The notes: generated by a model not told the origin, from the sequence alone. 37,104 nt of DNA from Macrostomum lignano (GCA_002269645.1 NIVC01001107.1:1-37104), one strand, 5' to 3'. Shown: positions 1 through 11,256, counted from the stretch's first letter. Program-made: numbers and translations.

Positions 1-77
1 AAAGTTCTTGAGCATTCGCTGAACTGTAGGAGGGTGGCACTGCGGCTTGGTGTTCTGACTGTTGGGCCTGGAATAGG

Positions 78-946
78 GAATAGAAGCTGAACTGGAGTGA
101 CCAGAGCAAGCACTGGAGTGAATAGATACTGATCTGGAGTGACCAGAGCACTGGAGTGAATAGATACTGATCTGGAGTGACCAGAGCAGGCACTGGAGTG
201 AATAGAAGCTGATCTGGAGTGACCAGAGCACTGGAGTGAATAGATACTGATCTGAAGTGACCAGAGCACTGGAGTGAATAGATACTGATCTGGAGTGACC
301 AGAGCAGGCACTGGAGTGAATAGAAGCTGATCTGGAGTGACCAGAGCAAGCACTGGAGTAAATAGAAGCTGATCTGGAGTGACCAGAGCAAGCACTGGAG
401 TGAATAGAAGCTGATCTGGAGTGAATAGAAGCTGATCTGGAGTGAATAGAAGCTGATCTGGAGTGACCAGAGCAAGCACTGGAGTGAATAGAAGCTGAAC
501 TGGAGTGACCAGAGCAAGCACTGGAGTGAATAGAAGCTGAACTGGAGTGACCAGAGAAGCACTGGAGTGAATAGAAGCTGAACTGGAGTGACCAGAGCAA
601 GCACTGGAGTGAATAGAAGCTGAACTGGAGTGACCAGAGCAAGCACTGGAGTGAATAGAAGCTGATCTGGAGTGAATAGAAGCTGATCTGGAGTGACCAG
701 AGCAAGCACTGGAGTGAATAGAAGCTGAACTGGAGTGACCAGAGCAAGCACTGGAGTGAATAGAAGCTGAACTTGGAGTGACCAGAGCAAGCACTGGAGT
801 GAATAGCATACATGAATGATACTGATCTGGAGTGACCAGAGCAAGCACTGGAGTGAACAGAAGCTGGTCTGGAGTGACCAGAGCAAGCACTGGAGTGACC
901 AGAGCAAGCACTGGAGTGAGCAGAAGCTGATCTGGAGTAACAAGCA
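78..946. repeat. Minisatellite built from two 21-bp monomers (ctggagtgaatagaagctgat / ctggagtgaccagagcaagca), mostly a 42-bp dimer
   Basis: Direct reading; both monomers share the ctggagtga head. Confidence 0.92.
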
Positions 947-1430
947 CGGCATTTCAATAATAAAACTCTTGAAAGCTGTATCCACTATAATAATTACGGT
1001 TGTACAATATATTTATTCAATGTAAACTTTTAAATTGCTTAGCGGAAATAAAAAAAAACAAATTTAAAACTTAGTTCAAAAGCATAGCAAGAACGCCTGG
1101 TTGTGTAAGCGCTATGAGCATTATTGTGTGTGTAGACAGCACATTCTAAGGTGTCTCGTACTGATAAAGCAGTCTGTAAAGTTAACGTAAAATCATCAAA
1201 GCTTAAGGCCATTTAAGGTCAAATTTAATAATGGACGGAATGCTTAATTGTATAGTTTTTTAGGCTAGGCATTTACACGCACACATCTAATTTATGTAAA
1301 TACACCTTGATAAACTTTATATAATTTACTTGGTAATTACTGCAAATAAGATAGTTGGTTAGATAATGGGATACAGTAAACAAGGTGGGCATAGCAACTG
1401 AGGATATGAGAGGCCCAGAAACTGACACTA

Positions 1431-1723
1431 TGGGATGCTGGTGGCCCAGCAACTGGGGATCTGGGAGGCTAGAGGTCCAGCAACTGGGGATATGGGAGGC
1501 TGGTGGCCCAGCAACTGAGGATCTGGGAGGCTGGCCCAGCAACTGAGAATTTGAGAGGCTGGCCCAGCAACTGAGAATCTGGGAGGCTAGAGGCCTAGCA
1601 ACTGAGGATCTGGGAGGCTGGCCCAGCAACTGAGGGTCTGGGAGGCTGGCCCAGCAACTGAGGATCTGGGAGGCTAGAGGCCTAGCAACCGAGGATCTGG
1701 GAGGCTGGTGGCCCAGCAACTGA
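1431..1723. repeat. 28-31-bp minisatellite (ggctggcccagcaactgaggatctggga), ~10 copies, just 3' of the DNAAF4 stop
   Basis: Direct reading. Confidence 0.9.
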
Positions 1724-1750
1724 CGGATTCCAGCAACACACTGAAGACAA

Positions 1751-4700
1751 TCAATCGTCCACATCGTCCAGTCCATCACCATCATGCTCCTCCTCATCCT
1801 TGGCCGCGGCCGCTTCAGTTCGGCGAAGGTCTTCGGCAATCTCGGCATTTTCCGGCTGCAGTCTGGCAGCTTCGCGCAGTTCAATGACAGCCTTGGCGTT
1901 GGCGCCGAGACCGCACAGGGCGGCAGCTCTGCGGCAGTGTGCTCGCACCCTGGCTAGTCGGTTCTGCTCAACAGGCGGCTGCAACAGCTCTAAGGCTTTG
2001 GAAGCGTCTTCCATAGCTTTAAAATAGTTGCCAAGGCGGAGGTGACAGGCCGCTCGATTGGAATAGAGCGAGTGCATCTCGCTTTTCAATGAGATCGCGT
2101 GCGAATACGCGTTGATAGCGGCTAAGAAATTGCCGAAGCAAACAGCCGGTTGCCTTTGTCGCGCAGCCAGACTGGGTCCGCTCGCGGTCCGACAAGTCCG
2201 CGGCGGCATCTCCTGGCTCAGCTGTGGCGTCTGCCTGACGGCGGGCGTTCCGCTTGCTTGCGCAGCCACTGGATGGTGCATGATTTTGGGTTTACTTGTT
2301 ACTTTGCGATTTGTTGTTATTAGTGACTCTATCAGGTTGCAGTTTATTGTGGTTGTTGAATCTATGAGGTTGCAGTTTATTGTGGTTGTTGAATCTATGA
2401 GGTTGCAGTTTATTGTGGTTGTTGAATGTATGAGGCTGCAGTTTATTGTGGTTGTTGAATCTATCAGGTTGCAGTTTATTGTGGTTGTTGAATCTATGAG
2501 GTTGCAGTTTATGTGGTTGTTGAATCTATGAGGTTGCAGTTTATTGTAGTTGTTGAACTTTTGAGGTTGCAGTTTATTGTGGTTGTTGAATCTATGTCTA
2601 TGAGGTTGCAGTTTATTGTGGTTGTTGAATCTATGAGGTTGCAGTTTATTGTGGTTGTTGAATCTATGAGGTTGAAGTTTATTGTGGTTGTTGAATGTAT
2701 GAGGTTGCAGTTTATTGCGGTTGTTGAACTTTTGAGGTTGCAGTTTATTGTGGTTGTTGAATCTATGTCTATGAGGTTGCAGTTTATTGTGGTTGTTGAA
2801 TCTATGAGGTTGCAGTTTATTGTGGTTGTTGAATCTATGAGGTTGCAGTTTATTGTAGTTGTTGAACTTTGAGGTTGCAGTTTATTGTGGTTGTTGAACT
2901 TTGAGGTTGCAGTTTATTGTGGTTGTTGAATCTATGAGGCTGCAGTTTATTGTGGTTGTTGAATCTATGAGGTTGCAGTTTATTGTGGTTGTTGAATCTA
3001 TGAGGTTGAAGTTTATTGTGGTTGTTGAATGTATGAGGTTGCAGTTTATTGTGGTTGTTGAACTTTTGAGGTTGCAGTTTATTGTGGTTGTTGAATCTAT
3101 GAGGTTGCAGTTTATTGTGGTTGTTGAATCTATGAGGTTGCAGTTTATTGTGGTTGTTGAATCTATGAGGTTGCAGTTTATTGTGGTTGTTGAATGTATG
3201 AGGATGCAGTTTATTGTGATAGTTGAACTTTTGAGGTTGCAGTTTATTGTGGTTGTTGAATGTATGAGGTTGCAGTTTATTGTGGTTGTTGAATCTATGA
3301 GGTTGAAGTTTATTGTGGTTGTTGAACTTTTGAGGTTGCAGTTTATTGTGGTTGTTGAATCTATGAGGTTGCAGTTTATTGTTGTTGTTGAATCTATGAG
3401 GTTGCAGTTTATTGTGGTTGTTGAAATTTTGAGGTTGCAGTTTATTCTGGTTAATAAATCTATGAGGCTGCAGTTTATTGTGATTGTTGAATCTGAGGCT
3501 GCAGTTTATTGTGGTTGCATAATGAGGTTGCAATTGTCCCCTCAACATATTATAAATTAATTATTTCACACTGATTATTAATTAACCAACGTACCTCCTC
3601 TTCCAGCGCCTTCTGCGACTCCCTCTCTGGAGTTGGAAACACCCTGGCAGTGAAGCTGACACCGATGCGGCCAGGCTCGCGAACTCCCAGCACCGATTCC
3701 ACCGATATCGGCTGCTTTCGATTTGACTGCGTCAGCTGCTCAACCTGGCGAGTTTCTTCTTCTGAGCTTTCGTCAGCTGCGAAACTTTTCACGCCTTTTT
3801 CCTCCTGCTCTATAGCAGCAGATTCCTCCGCTGCAATCTCTTCGCGAAACACCCGTTTAGCATCCTGACGCAGACGCTCCTGACGCAGACGAAACTCTTC
3901 GAGTTCGCGCATCGCCGAGTCGCGCTCGGCCTGTTTGGCAGCTTCAATTCTGGCTCGATCAGCATCCTCAAGCTTCATCTGCTCTTTCAGGCTGAGCTGC
4001 TCATTGGCTCGGTGGCCGGCTTTGGCCGCGGACTCGGCTGCTTGAAGCCGCTCGGCCAGGCGGACCATCGACCGGTCGCGAATCTCACGGGTCACCGATT
4101 TGTCCTCTGGGGCAGCGGCGGCGGCGGTGGGATCTTGTTTGTCTGTCCCCTTTCTCTTCTGTCTATTTACCTGTCTCTCCCCTCTACCTGTCTCTGCCTC
4201 TTTCTCTTCTGTCTATTTACCTGTCTCTCCCCTCTACCTGTCTCTGCCCCTTTCTTTTCTGTCTATTTACCTGTCTCTCCCCTCTACCTGTCTCTGCCTC
4301 TTTCTCTTCTGTCTATTTACCTGTCTCTCCCCTCTACCTGTCTCTGCCTCTTTCTTTTCTGTCTATTTACCTGTCTCTCCCCTCTACCTGTCTCTGCCCC
4401 TTTCTCTTCTGTCTATTTACCTGTCTCTCCCCTCTACCTGTCTCTGCCTCTTTCTTTTCTGTCTATTTACCTGTCTCTCCCCTCTACCTGTCTCTGCCTC
4501 TTTCTCTTCTGTCTATTTACCTGTCTCTCCCCTCTACCTGTCTCTGCCTCTTTCTTTTCTGTCTATTTACCTGTCTCTCCCCTCTACCTGTCTCTGCCCC
4601 TTTCTCTTCTGTCTATTTACCTGTCTCTCCCTCTACCTGTCTCTGCCTCTTTCTTTTCTGTCTATTTACCTGTCTCTCCCCTCTACCTGTCTCTGCCCCT

Positions 4701-7214
4701 TTCTTTTCTGTCTATTTACCTGTCTCTCCCCTCTACCTGTCTCTGCCCCTTTCTTTTCTGTCTATTTACCTGTCTCTCCCCTCTACCTGTCTCTGCCCCT
4801 TTCTTTTCTGTCTATTTACCTGTCTCTCCCCTCTACCTGTCTCTGCCCCTTTCTCTTCTGTCTATTTACCTGTCTCTCCCCTCTACCTGTCTTCTGCTCC
4901 TTTCTCTTCTCCTGTCTATTTTCCTGTCTCTCCCCTCTACCTGTCTGCTCCCTTCTACCTGTCTCTTCCCATGTAACTGCCTCTGTCTTTTTCTGTGTCT
5001 CCCACCTCTCCCTATCTATTCCCGTCTACCTGTCTTTTTTCTCTACCTACCTCTCCCTGTACCTATCTCGACCCCTTTTCCTGTCTCTTCCTCTCTACCT
5101 GTATCTGCCCCTTTATCTCTCTTATTTCCCATACCTGTCCCTTCTCTACTTCTTATCTCCACCTGTCCCTTTCCCTGTCTCTTCCATATCTACCTGTCCC
5201 TTCCGTCTATCTGCCTTGTCTTATCTACCGCCTCTTCCCCTCTACCTGTCCTGTACTCTACCATTTCTCCCCCTCTATCTATCTCCTCCTTTGTCTCTTT
5301 CCCTCTCTTCCCTCTCCCCACCTGTCTTTCTACCTCAACCATGCTTAACTGTTATTAAATTTGTAACTGTCAGTCTGAAGTAGTAGTTCTTGACTTTCCC
5401 TTAGTAGCAATACTTTCATGCCTTCATAGGATAAATAGGCATTAATTACCGGCATTATCAATCATCAATTGTGGCCAAGAAATTTGCTCCATTTTGGTGG
5501 CAGTGACCTGCATAATACCGCTGTCAGCCACACATGTTGATTGATCTTCTGAGATTGGCTGATAGAAAAAGCACTCAAAAATGTATGGCGAAAACGATAC
5601 CTAAAAATTAATAAAATATGTTTCTTTGGCTAAGAAATTGCTCATAGCTAAGCAGATTAAATATTCAAAAAATCCCTTTCCAAAGGTCAAGCAGACTTTT
5701 TGACTTGAAATGCATTGTAAAACTGTTGGAGAAAAAAATGAATTACTGAATTCTGATTTTGATAAAGATTGTATCACACTAGGATTTTTATTTGTCAGTT
5801 TACTAGGCCCTAACTGAATTTTGACACTGATTTGAATTGCACCATATTGCTAATCTACAGTGTGGAATCATATAGTACCATACTTCATATTGATATTCTG
5901 TAACTATTGTCTTAACTTTAATAAAGACTAATACTAACTGCCTAGGTAATTGATTATAATAGCTGCCTAGTGACTTTTACTCTACCTAATTCAATGTGAG
6001 TGTTTAACAAAACTATAACTACTATAATTCACAATATTGAAACAATAAGAGCTAGCCTAGATATGAAATGACAGAAAGGCTAATGTAGCAACCTAGTTTG
6101 AATTTTAGTAGAAAAAATAATTTTTTGAAATATTTTTTTAACATAAAGAAAACTTAACAAAAGAAATAAAAATAGAAACATCATGTTAATGATAAAAGTA
6201 TCATGCCAAACAAAGAAAAACATTTTGTGAAACATAAAAGAAGTGTTATGTCAAAAAAAACAAAGAAACAAAGAAAATAAAATAGAAAGAAGCAAAGACA
6301 AAGACCATGTCACAACCAGAAACAACTAAGTTGCAACTAGAGGTGAAAAAGTCACATTGATCAGAAAATAAGATAAGATAAGATGATAAGATAAATTATA
6401 TTCAAATATACACACTTAAAAGCAAGTGATATTTTTATACTTTTATAGTTGAAAGCTTATATATTTCTTGTAATATTTTTAAACATAAGACATAAAGCAG
6501 TTTTATAGTTTTCTACCAAAGGGAATTAGGGGAGGGGGTATTTTAATATAAGTGATATTAGGATATAATGGCTAGGCTAGCCTAGTCAGCTCATTTAATA
6601 CTCTTTGATAGTAAAAGGAACAACTTAAAATGCAAAATTGTTAGTATAGGGTAGGCCTAAAAGAAAATAAAAAAAAAGAAAATTAAGGATTGAATTTGCA
6701 TAAAAAATGAGATAGCTTTAAAAAATGAATCCGTTTTAAGTATAGTGTTTTGTGGTACCAATTTACGTATATATAAAAATATATTATGTTTAAACAGTCA
6801 CTGCTCCAAGAATATTTCATTTTCATTTGAAAGATATATTTCTCTAGTTTTTTATGCATATTTAAATATTTTTGACTTTTACAAAATCAGTTCAATGTGT
6901 AGGCCTAGCAAATTGAATTTTAAAGTTATTGAATAGTCCATTTTTTATTATTTTCAACTTATACTAACCTCATTTGAGTCTCAACTCATAGATATATAGA
7001 TCTACTATATTAAAATAACAAACTAAAAATTATAAAATTATATAAAAATATAGCATGCAACGTGTTTAGTTATACTTTAAATAAAACTAACCTTTAAGTA
7101 TTCTGATGTTAATACAATATCAACCTTTGATGCAGGTATTCCTTTAAGTGGAATAGAAACAACAACATTCTGAAGGCTGTCACACCATTTAAAATCTTTA
7201 ATAAAAATAGGCAT
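1751..7214 (-). CDS. DNAAF4: Dynein axonemal assembly factor 4 (DYX1C1 orthologue), 4 exons, ~446 aa: 7214-7092, 5600-5450, 4142-3595, 2268-1751
   Basis: Manual translation. Exon 1 MPIFIKDFKW...IPLKG...SEYLK and exon 2 VSFSPYIFECFFYQPI...W form the CS/p23 domain. Exon 3 has the coiled coil and IGVSFTARVFPTPERES. Exon 4 has WLRKQAE...WLRDKGNRLF..GNFLAAINAY..LYSNRAACHL TPR repeats. All match human DYX1C1 as I recall it. All introns are GT-AG with compatible phases (0,1,0). Exon 4 needs three 1-nt corrections (+1 at 2247, -1 at ~2179, -1 at ~2135). Confidence 0.93.
2330..3530. repeat. 33-bp minisatellite (tgaggttgcagtttattgtggttgttgaatcta) filling DNAAF4 intron 3
   Basis: Direct reading; explains the MRLQFIVVVES and NNHNKLQPHRF repeat ORFs. 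Confidence 0.95.
4143..5340. repeat. 50-bp pyrimidine-rich minisatellite (regular to ~4890, then degenerate CT-rich) filling DNAAF4 intron 2
   Basis: ctgtctatttac recurs at 4159, 4209 etc. (period 50). Confidence 0.93.
5620..6350 (+). mobile_element. Old, diverged Helitron 5'-module fragment in DNAAF4 intron 1
   Basis: Homologous to 8710-9160: gctaagaaattg-N16-ttaaatattc, caaaggtcaagca, gacttgaaatgcattgtaa, ataagagctagcctagat. Followed by degenerate catgt-containing 23-bp-like units. Confidence 0.75.
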
Positions 7215-7725
7215 TTTGAATTTTGTGCTTGGTTTTATTAAATGAAAATTTCTTCAGCCAGGCTTAGTCAAATATAAGCATAAATAATACTGCATAACAT
7301 AAGCGCTAAATGATTAGAACATGTTAGCTAGGCCTATTACTTAACAATTTAGATATTCAGAACATCGTACATTTGAATTTAATCGTCTGCCGTAACTGTT
7401 ACAGATATGAAGCAGCAAATTACAGGTTACAAAGCAATCGTTAGATTTCTGTCCGGCACGTGGAAAATTGGAATGCAAAACTTTAAAAACAATTTAGTGC
7501 CAAGTATCATAGAAAGCAGTTTTAAGTATAACAAAATATTCAATTAGCCAGTTTATCAACTAACAGCCTACTAACTACGATGATTACAAATATTTGTGTT
7601 TTTTTTGACAGTTTAAGTCACTTTAGTCTACTGTTATAATAGGCATGTTAAGAAAAATAAAGCCAGATTGGATTTCTTCCCGGTGTCAAATTCGACGGCG
7701 ATTCGAAGTCGATTCGAAGTCGATT

Positions 7726-8594
7726 TCCAATATACTAATCCAATAAACTAAAAATCAAAACTATGTACCTTTAGGAACCTTCGCTTAACTTGACTCTACA
7801 TGGTCGAAATTTCGTGGGGTTTTCTGCATTCGATGCGTATTGATGGTGCGCTGGTACACAAAATTTTGCTAAGAAATTGCTTCATTTTTTCGGGCTTAAA
7901 TATTCGAAAAATTCGATTTTCTCCCTGTTTTTTAAAGTTCAAACAGTTCTTTCCGATTGAGAAGCAGTCTGACTGCCGATGGAATTGTATTGCATCATAA
8001 CTCATTTTGCTAAGAAATTGCTTCATTTTTTCGGGCTTAAATATTCGAAAAACTCCATTTTCTCCCTGTTTTTTAAAGTTCAAACAGTTCTTTCCGATTG
8101 AGAAGCAGTCTGACTGCCGATGGAATTGTATTGCATCATAACTCAGTGCCAACTATAGCATTGGTTCTCTACACTCGCGTGGAGAGCTATACAAGCGTTG
8201 AAAGGTTGCGCAACACCTTTTAGTTATCGAAATTGAGGGGCGGGTGTCGCTATTCAATTTGTCCTGGGCATTGGCTTGGTTGTTAATTTCAATGCATCAA
8301 CTTGCAGGCCTCTTACTGTAGCTGGCGCTGAATGTACACCTTTTGAATTTGAATGCTTTATACTCGTAGCAGGAATGTTCAATCATTGTTTGTGCTTCGA
8401 GTTTTTTACTTTCAGAAGAGAGCCTTGTATTGCTGGAAAAAGCTAGAAACGCTGAGTTCGGGAATATAATTTCTATGCTGAGATTCGAAAAATTAAAAGC
8501 ACAGCATTAAAAAGAGGATTCCTATGAATTTTACTTCTAAATATACTAAATCTCTAATATTTGTTTGTTTGTATGTTTGTCCATAACGCTCTAG
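7726..8594 (+). mobile_element. Helitron unit 0 (diverged, non-autonomous) with a 141-bp tandem duplication at 7863-8145 and a second 5'-end-like fragment at 8536-8594
   Basis: TCCAATATACTAA start; diverged copy of the shared module; ends in CTAG (8591-8594) without a visible hairpin. Confidence 0.6.
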
Positions 8595-9084
8595 TCCTAT
8601 ATACTAAAAATGGTCTGTCTGTGTCTATGTGATCGATTAGAGAAAAAATGGCTGGACCGATTTTTTTCAAACTTGCACTGTTCGATCAGAAATTTTCCCG
8701 TGACTGTACATGCATCGTGGCTAAGAAATTGTTCGATGCTAAAGGCATTAAATATTCGAAAAACATGCTTTTTTGCAAAGGTCAAGCAAACTTTTCGACT
8801 TGAAATGCATTGTAAGAATGCTAGAGAAAAAACTGACTGGTTAAATTCTGATTCTGAAATAGATTGCATCATAGCTGAATTGTAACTCCAGCTTGAATTG
8901 CGTCGCAGTATTGAAAATGCGGTGTGGAAGCGTAGCACCAGACTTGATTTAGATTGCGTAACCATATTCTCAACTTTAATTGAGACTGATACTGACTTGC
9001 CTGGGAAATTGATTATGTCATAACTGCTTCGCGAGTAAGTGTTGAATTATATAAGTGCTACAATTTCATTTATAAATTCGATAA

Positions 9085-9150
9085 GAGCTAGCCTAGATGT
9101 GAACAGACTGGACTGCAAATGCAGCGACCTGGGTTCGAATCTTAGTAGTG
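9085..9150 (+). pseudogene. tRNA-derived (SINE-head-like) segment in the Helitron 5' module; copies at 20365-20430, 16813-16875 and (diverged) 6050-6110
   Basis: A-box-like TAGCCTAGATG, arm ctgga-CTGCAAA-tgcag (GCA anticodon position) and T-arm ctggg-TTCGAAT-cttag with B-box GGTTCGAATC. No convincing acceptor stem. Confidence 0.6.
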
Positions 9151-9159
9151 GAAAGTTTG

Positions 9160-9270
9160 AATCATGGCAAAACCAGAGTTTGAATCATGGCTAAACGAGA
9201 GTCTGACTCATGGCTAAACCAGAGTTTGAATCATGGCTAAACCAGAGTTTGAATCATTGCAAAACCAGTT
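9160..9270. repeat. 23-bp repeat (aaaccagagtttgaatcatggct), ~4-5 copies
   Basis: Direct reading. Confidence 0.85.
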
Positions 9271-9692
9271 TTGTTAAAAGTGATACTGATTATCACTGAT
9301 ATTGATGATATCACTGATATCAGTGATACTGGTAACTCTGATAAGAATTTCACTATGTCAAAAGTACATAGCTGTATCAACCCCACTGGCGAGACAGTCA
9401 TAAATAGATTACATTCACAGTTTTTTTCACTGGCTGGCGCAGACCAGTGTACATTGTGAGCCCTCTGCCCCGGAATTTGGACACACGGGCCTGGAGAGCC
9501 CACACCCCAAATCATAGGTTTTTTAGATTTAGACCCCTTTCTTCTTTATCGATTTTTCAGTTTCTACCCTGCGTCTTAAGATAAGCTCCAATTCAGCCCA
9601 CTGGATGATAAATAGCCTGTAATAGTTTGGCTCAAGGGCACCTTATCTGATTCTTCAGACATCCAAATTCACAAACTTTCATCTTTCAAACC

Positions 9693-10700
9693 TTAGAATC
9701 TCTTAGATCCCAATCCTAAATTCATAGAATCTCTTATATCCCAATCCTAAATTCACAGAATCTCTTAGATCCCAATCCTAAATTCACAGAATCTCTTAGA
9801 TCCCAATCCTAAATTCATAGAATCTCTTAGATCCCAATCCTAAATTCACAGAATCTCTTAGATCCCAATCCTAAATTCATAGAATCTCTTATATCCCAAT
9901 CCTAAATTCATAGAATCTCTTAGATCCCAATCCTAATCTCATAGAATCTCTTAGATCCCAATCCTAATCTCATAGAATCTCTTAGATCCCAATCCTAAAT
10001 TCATTGAATCTCTTAGATCCCAATCCTAAATTCACAGAATCTCTTAGATCCCAATCCTAAATTCACAGAATCTCTTAGATCCCAATCCTAAATTCACAGA
10101 ATCTCTTATATCCCAATCCTAAATTCATTGAATCTCTTAGATCCCAATCCTAATCTCATTGAATCTCTTAGATCCCAATCCTAAATTCATAGAATCTCTT
10201 AGATCCCAATCCTAAATTCATTGAATCTCTTAGATCCCAATCCTAATCTCATTGAATCTCTTAGATCCCAATCCTAAATTCATAGAATCTCTTAGATCCC
10301 AATCCTAAATTCACAGAGTCTCTTAGATCCCAATCCTAAATTCATGGGATCTCTTAGATCCCAATCCTAAATTCATAGAATCTCTTAGATCCCAATGCTA
10401 AATTCTTAGAATCTCTTAGATCCCAATCCTAAATTCACAGAATCTCTTAGATCCCAATGCTAAATTCAGAGAATCTCTTAGATCCCAATCCTAAATTCAT
10501 AGAATCTCTTATATCCCAATCCTAAATTCTTAGAATCTCTTAGATCCCAATCCTAAATTCACAGAATCTCTTAGATCCCAATGCTAAATTCACAGAATCT
10601 ATTAGATTCCAATCCTAAATTCATAGAATCTCTTAAATCCCAATCCTAAATTCATAGAATCTCTTAGATCCCAATCCTAAATTCACAGAATCTTATATAT
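9693..10700. repeat. 31-bp minisatellite (agaatctcttagatcccaatcctaaattcat), ~32 copies
   Basis: Direct reading. Confidence 0.95.
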
Positions 10701-10814
10701 CAATCCTAGATCATTGCTTAGCCTAATTGGGTTCATTGCATAACAGAACTAAGATCATTGCTTAGCGTAATTGGGATCATTTGGCATAACTAAGTTGGGA
10801 TCCTTGCATACTAA

Positions 10815-11256
10815 ATTGGGATCAAGGCAAACCAGAATAGGATCGGATACAATCGGATCCCAATTTAGTTGTGCCATGAAAGTTAATAAGTAATAGTGAA
10901 ATTAATGTAGGTAAATATTAGGTGAATATATAGCAGGTTGGCTGCATATCAATGGGCCTTGAGATTGTGGTTGAAATAACGTGTTCGCTGCTTTTTCACG
11001 ATTCAGAGGTTCTTCCACTCTAAAACTGAGGGTATGCAGCCATGAGAGAGAGGTTTGAAGCAGCTTCAGCAAACCTAGAGACTTGTGATAGCTAAGCTTT
11101 TTGTGTGACGTTGAGTGCGTGAACTTAACTTGCCCCAGTGAATGCCTCTGACCAGCAGTGCAGAGTAAAGCAAGCCAACAAGCAGTAGGATTGACACCAT
11201 TATTCTTGCAGTCAAATGCAATGAACTGTGCAATGATACTGTCTTGTTGGCGGAGC
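10815..11256 (+). repeat. 442-bp direct repeat, copy 1 (copy 2 at 15709-16150)
   Basis: Read as identical by eye from attgggatcaagg to ttggcggagc. Confidence 0.92.

Noticed and set aside
1273-1884. 203-aa minus-strand ORF overlapping the DNAAF4 3' end
   Set aside because: Out-of-frame overlap running into the 28-bp minisatellite.
1751-2268. DNAAF4 as a pseudogene
   Set aside because: Only three clustered 1-nt indels; splice sites, start, stop and conserved residues are intact. An assembly error is more likely, though not proven.
2112-3560. Long ORFs (MRLQFIVVVES)n and (NNHNKLQPHRF)n
   Set aside because: Products of a 33-bp (multiple-of-3) satellite inside DNAAF4 intron 3.
4012-5383. 427-448-aa Leu/Ser/Pro/Cys ORFs
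   Set aside because: A pyrimidine-only repeat has almost no stops; lies in intron 2, antisense to DNAAF4.
7426-7438. Possible RFX X-box (GTTACAAAGCAAT) upstream of a ciliary gene
   Set aside because: Two mismatches to consensus; not distinguishable from chance.
8597-8965. Recurrent minus-strand ORF MVTQSKSS...FRIF..EQFLS (also 19469-20245 and 7796-8152)
   Set aside because: Recurs because the module is duplicated; interrupted by stops in the 5.6-kb and 32.7-kb copies; unrecognised.
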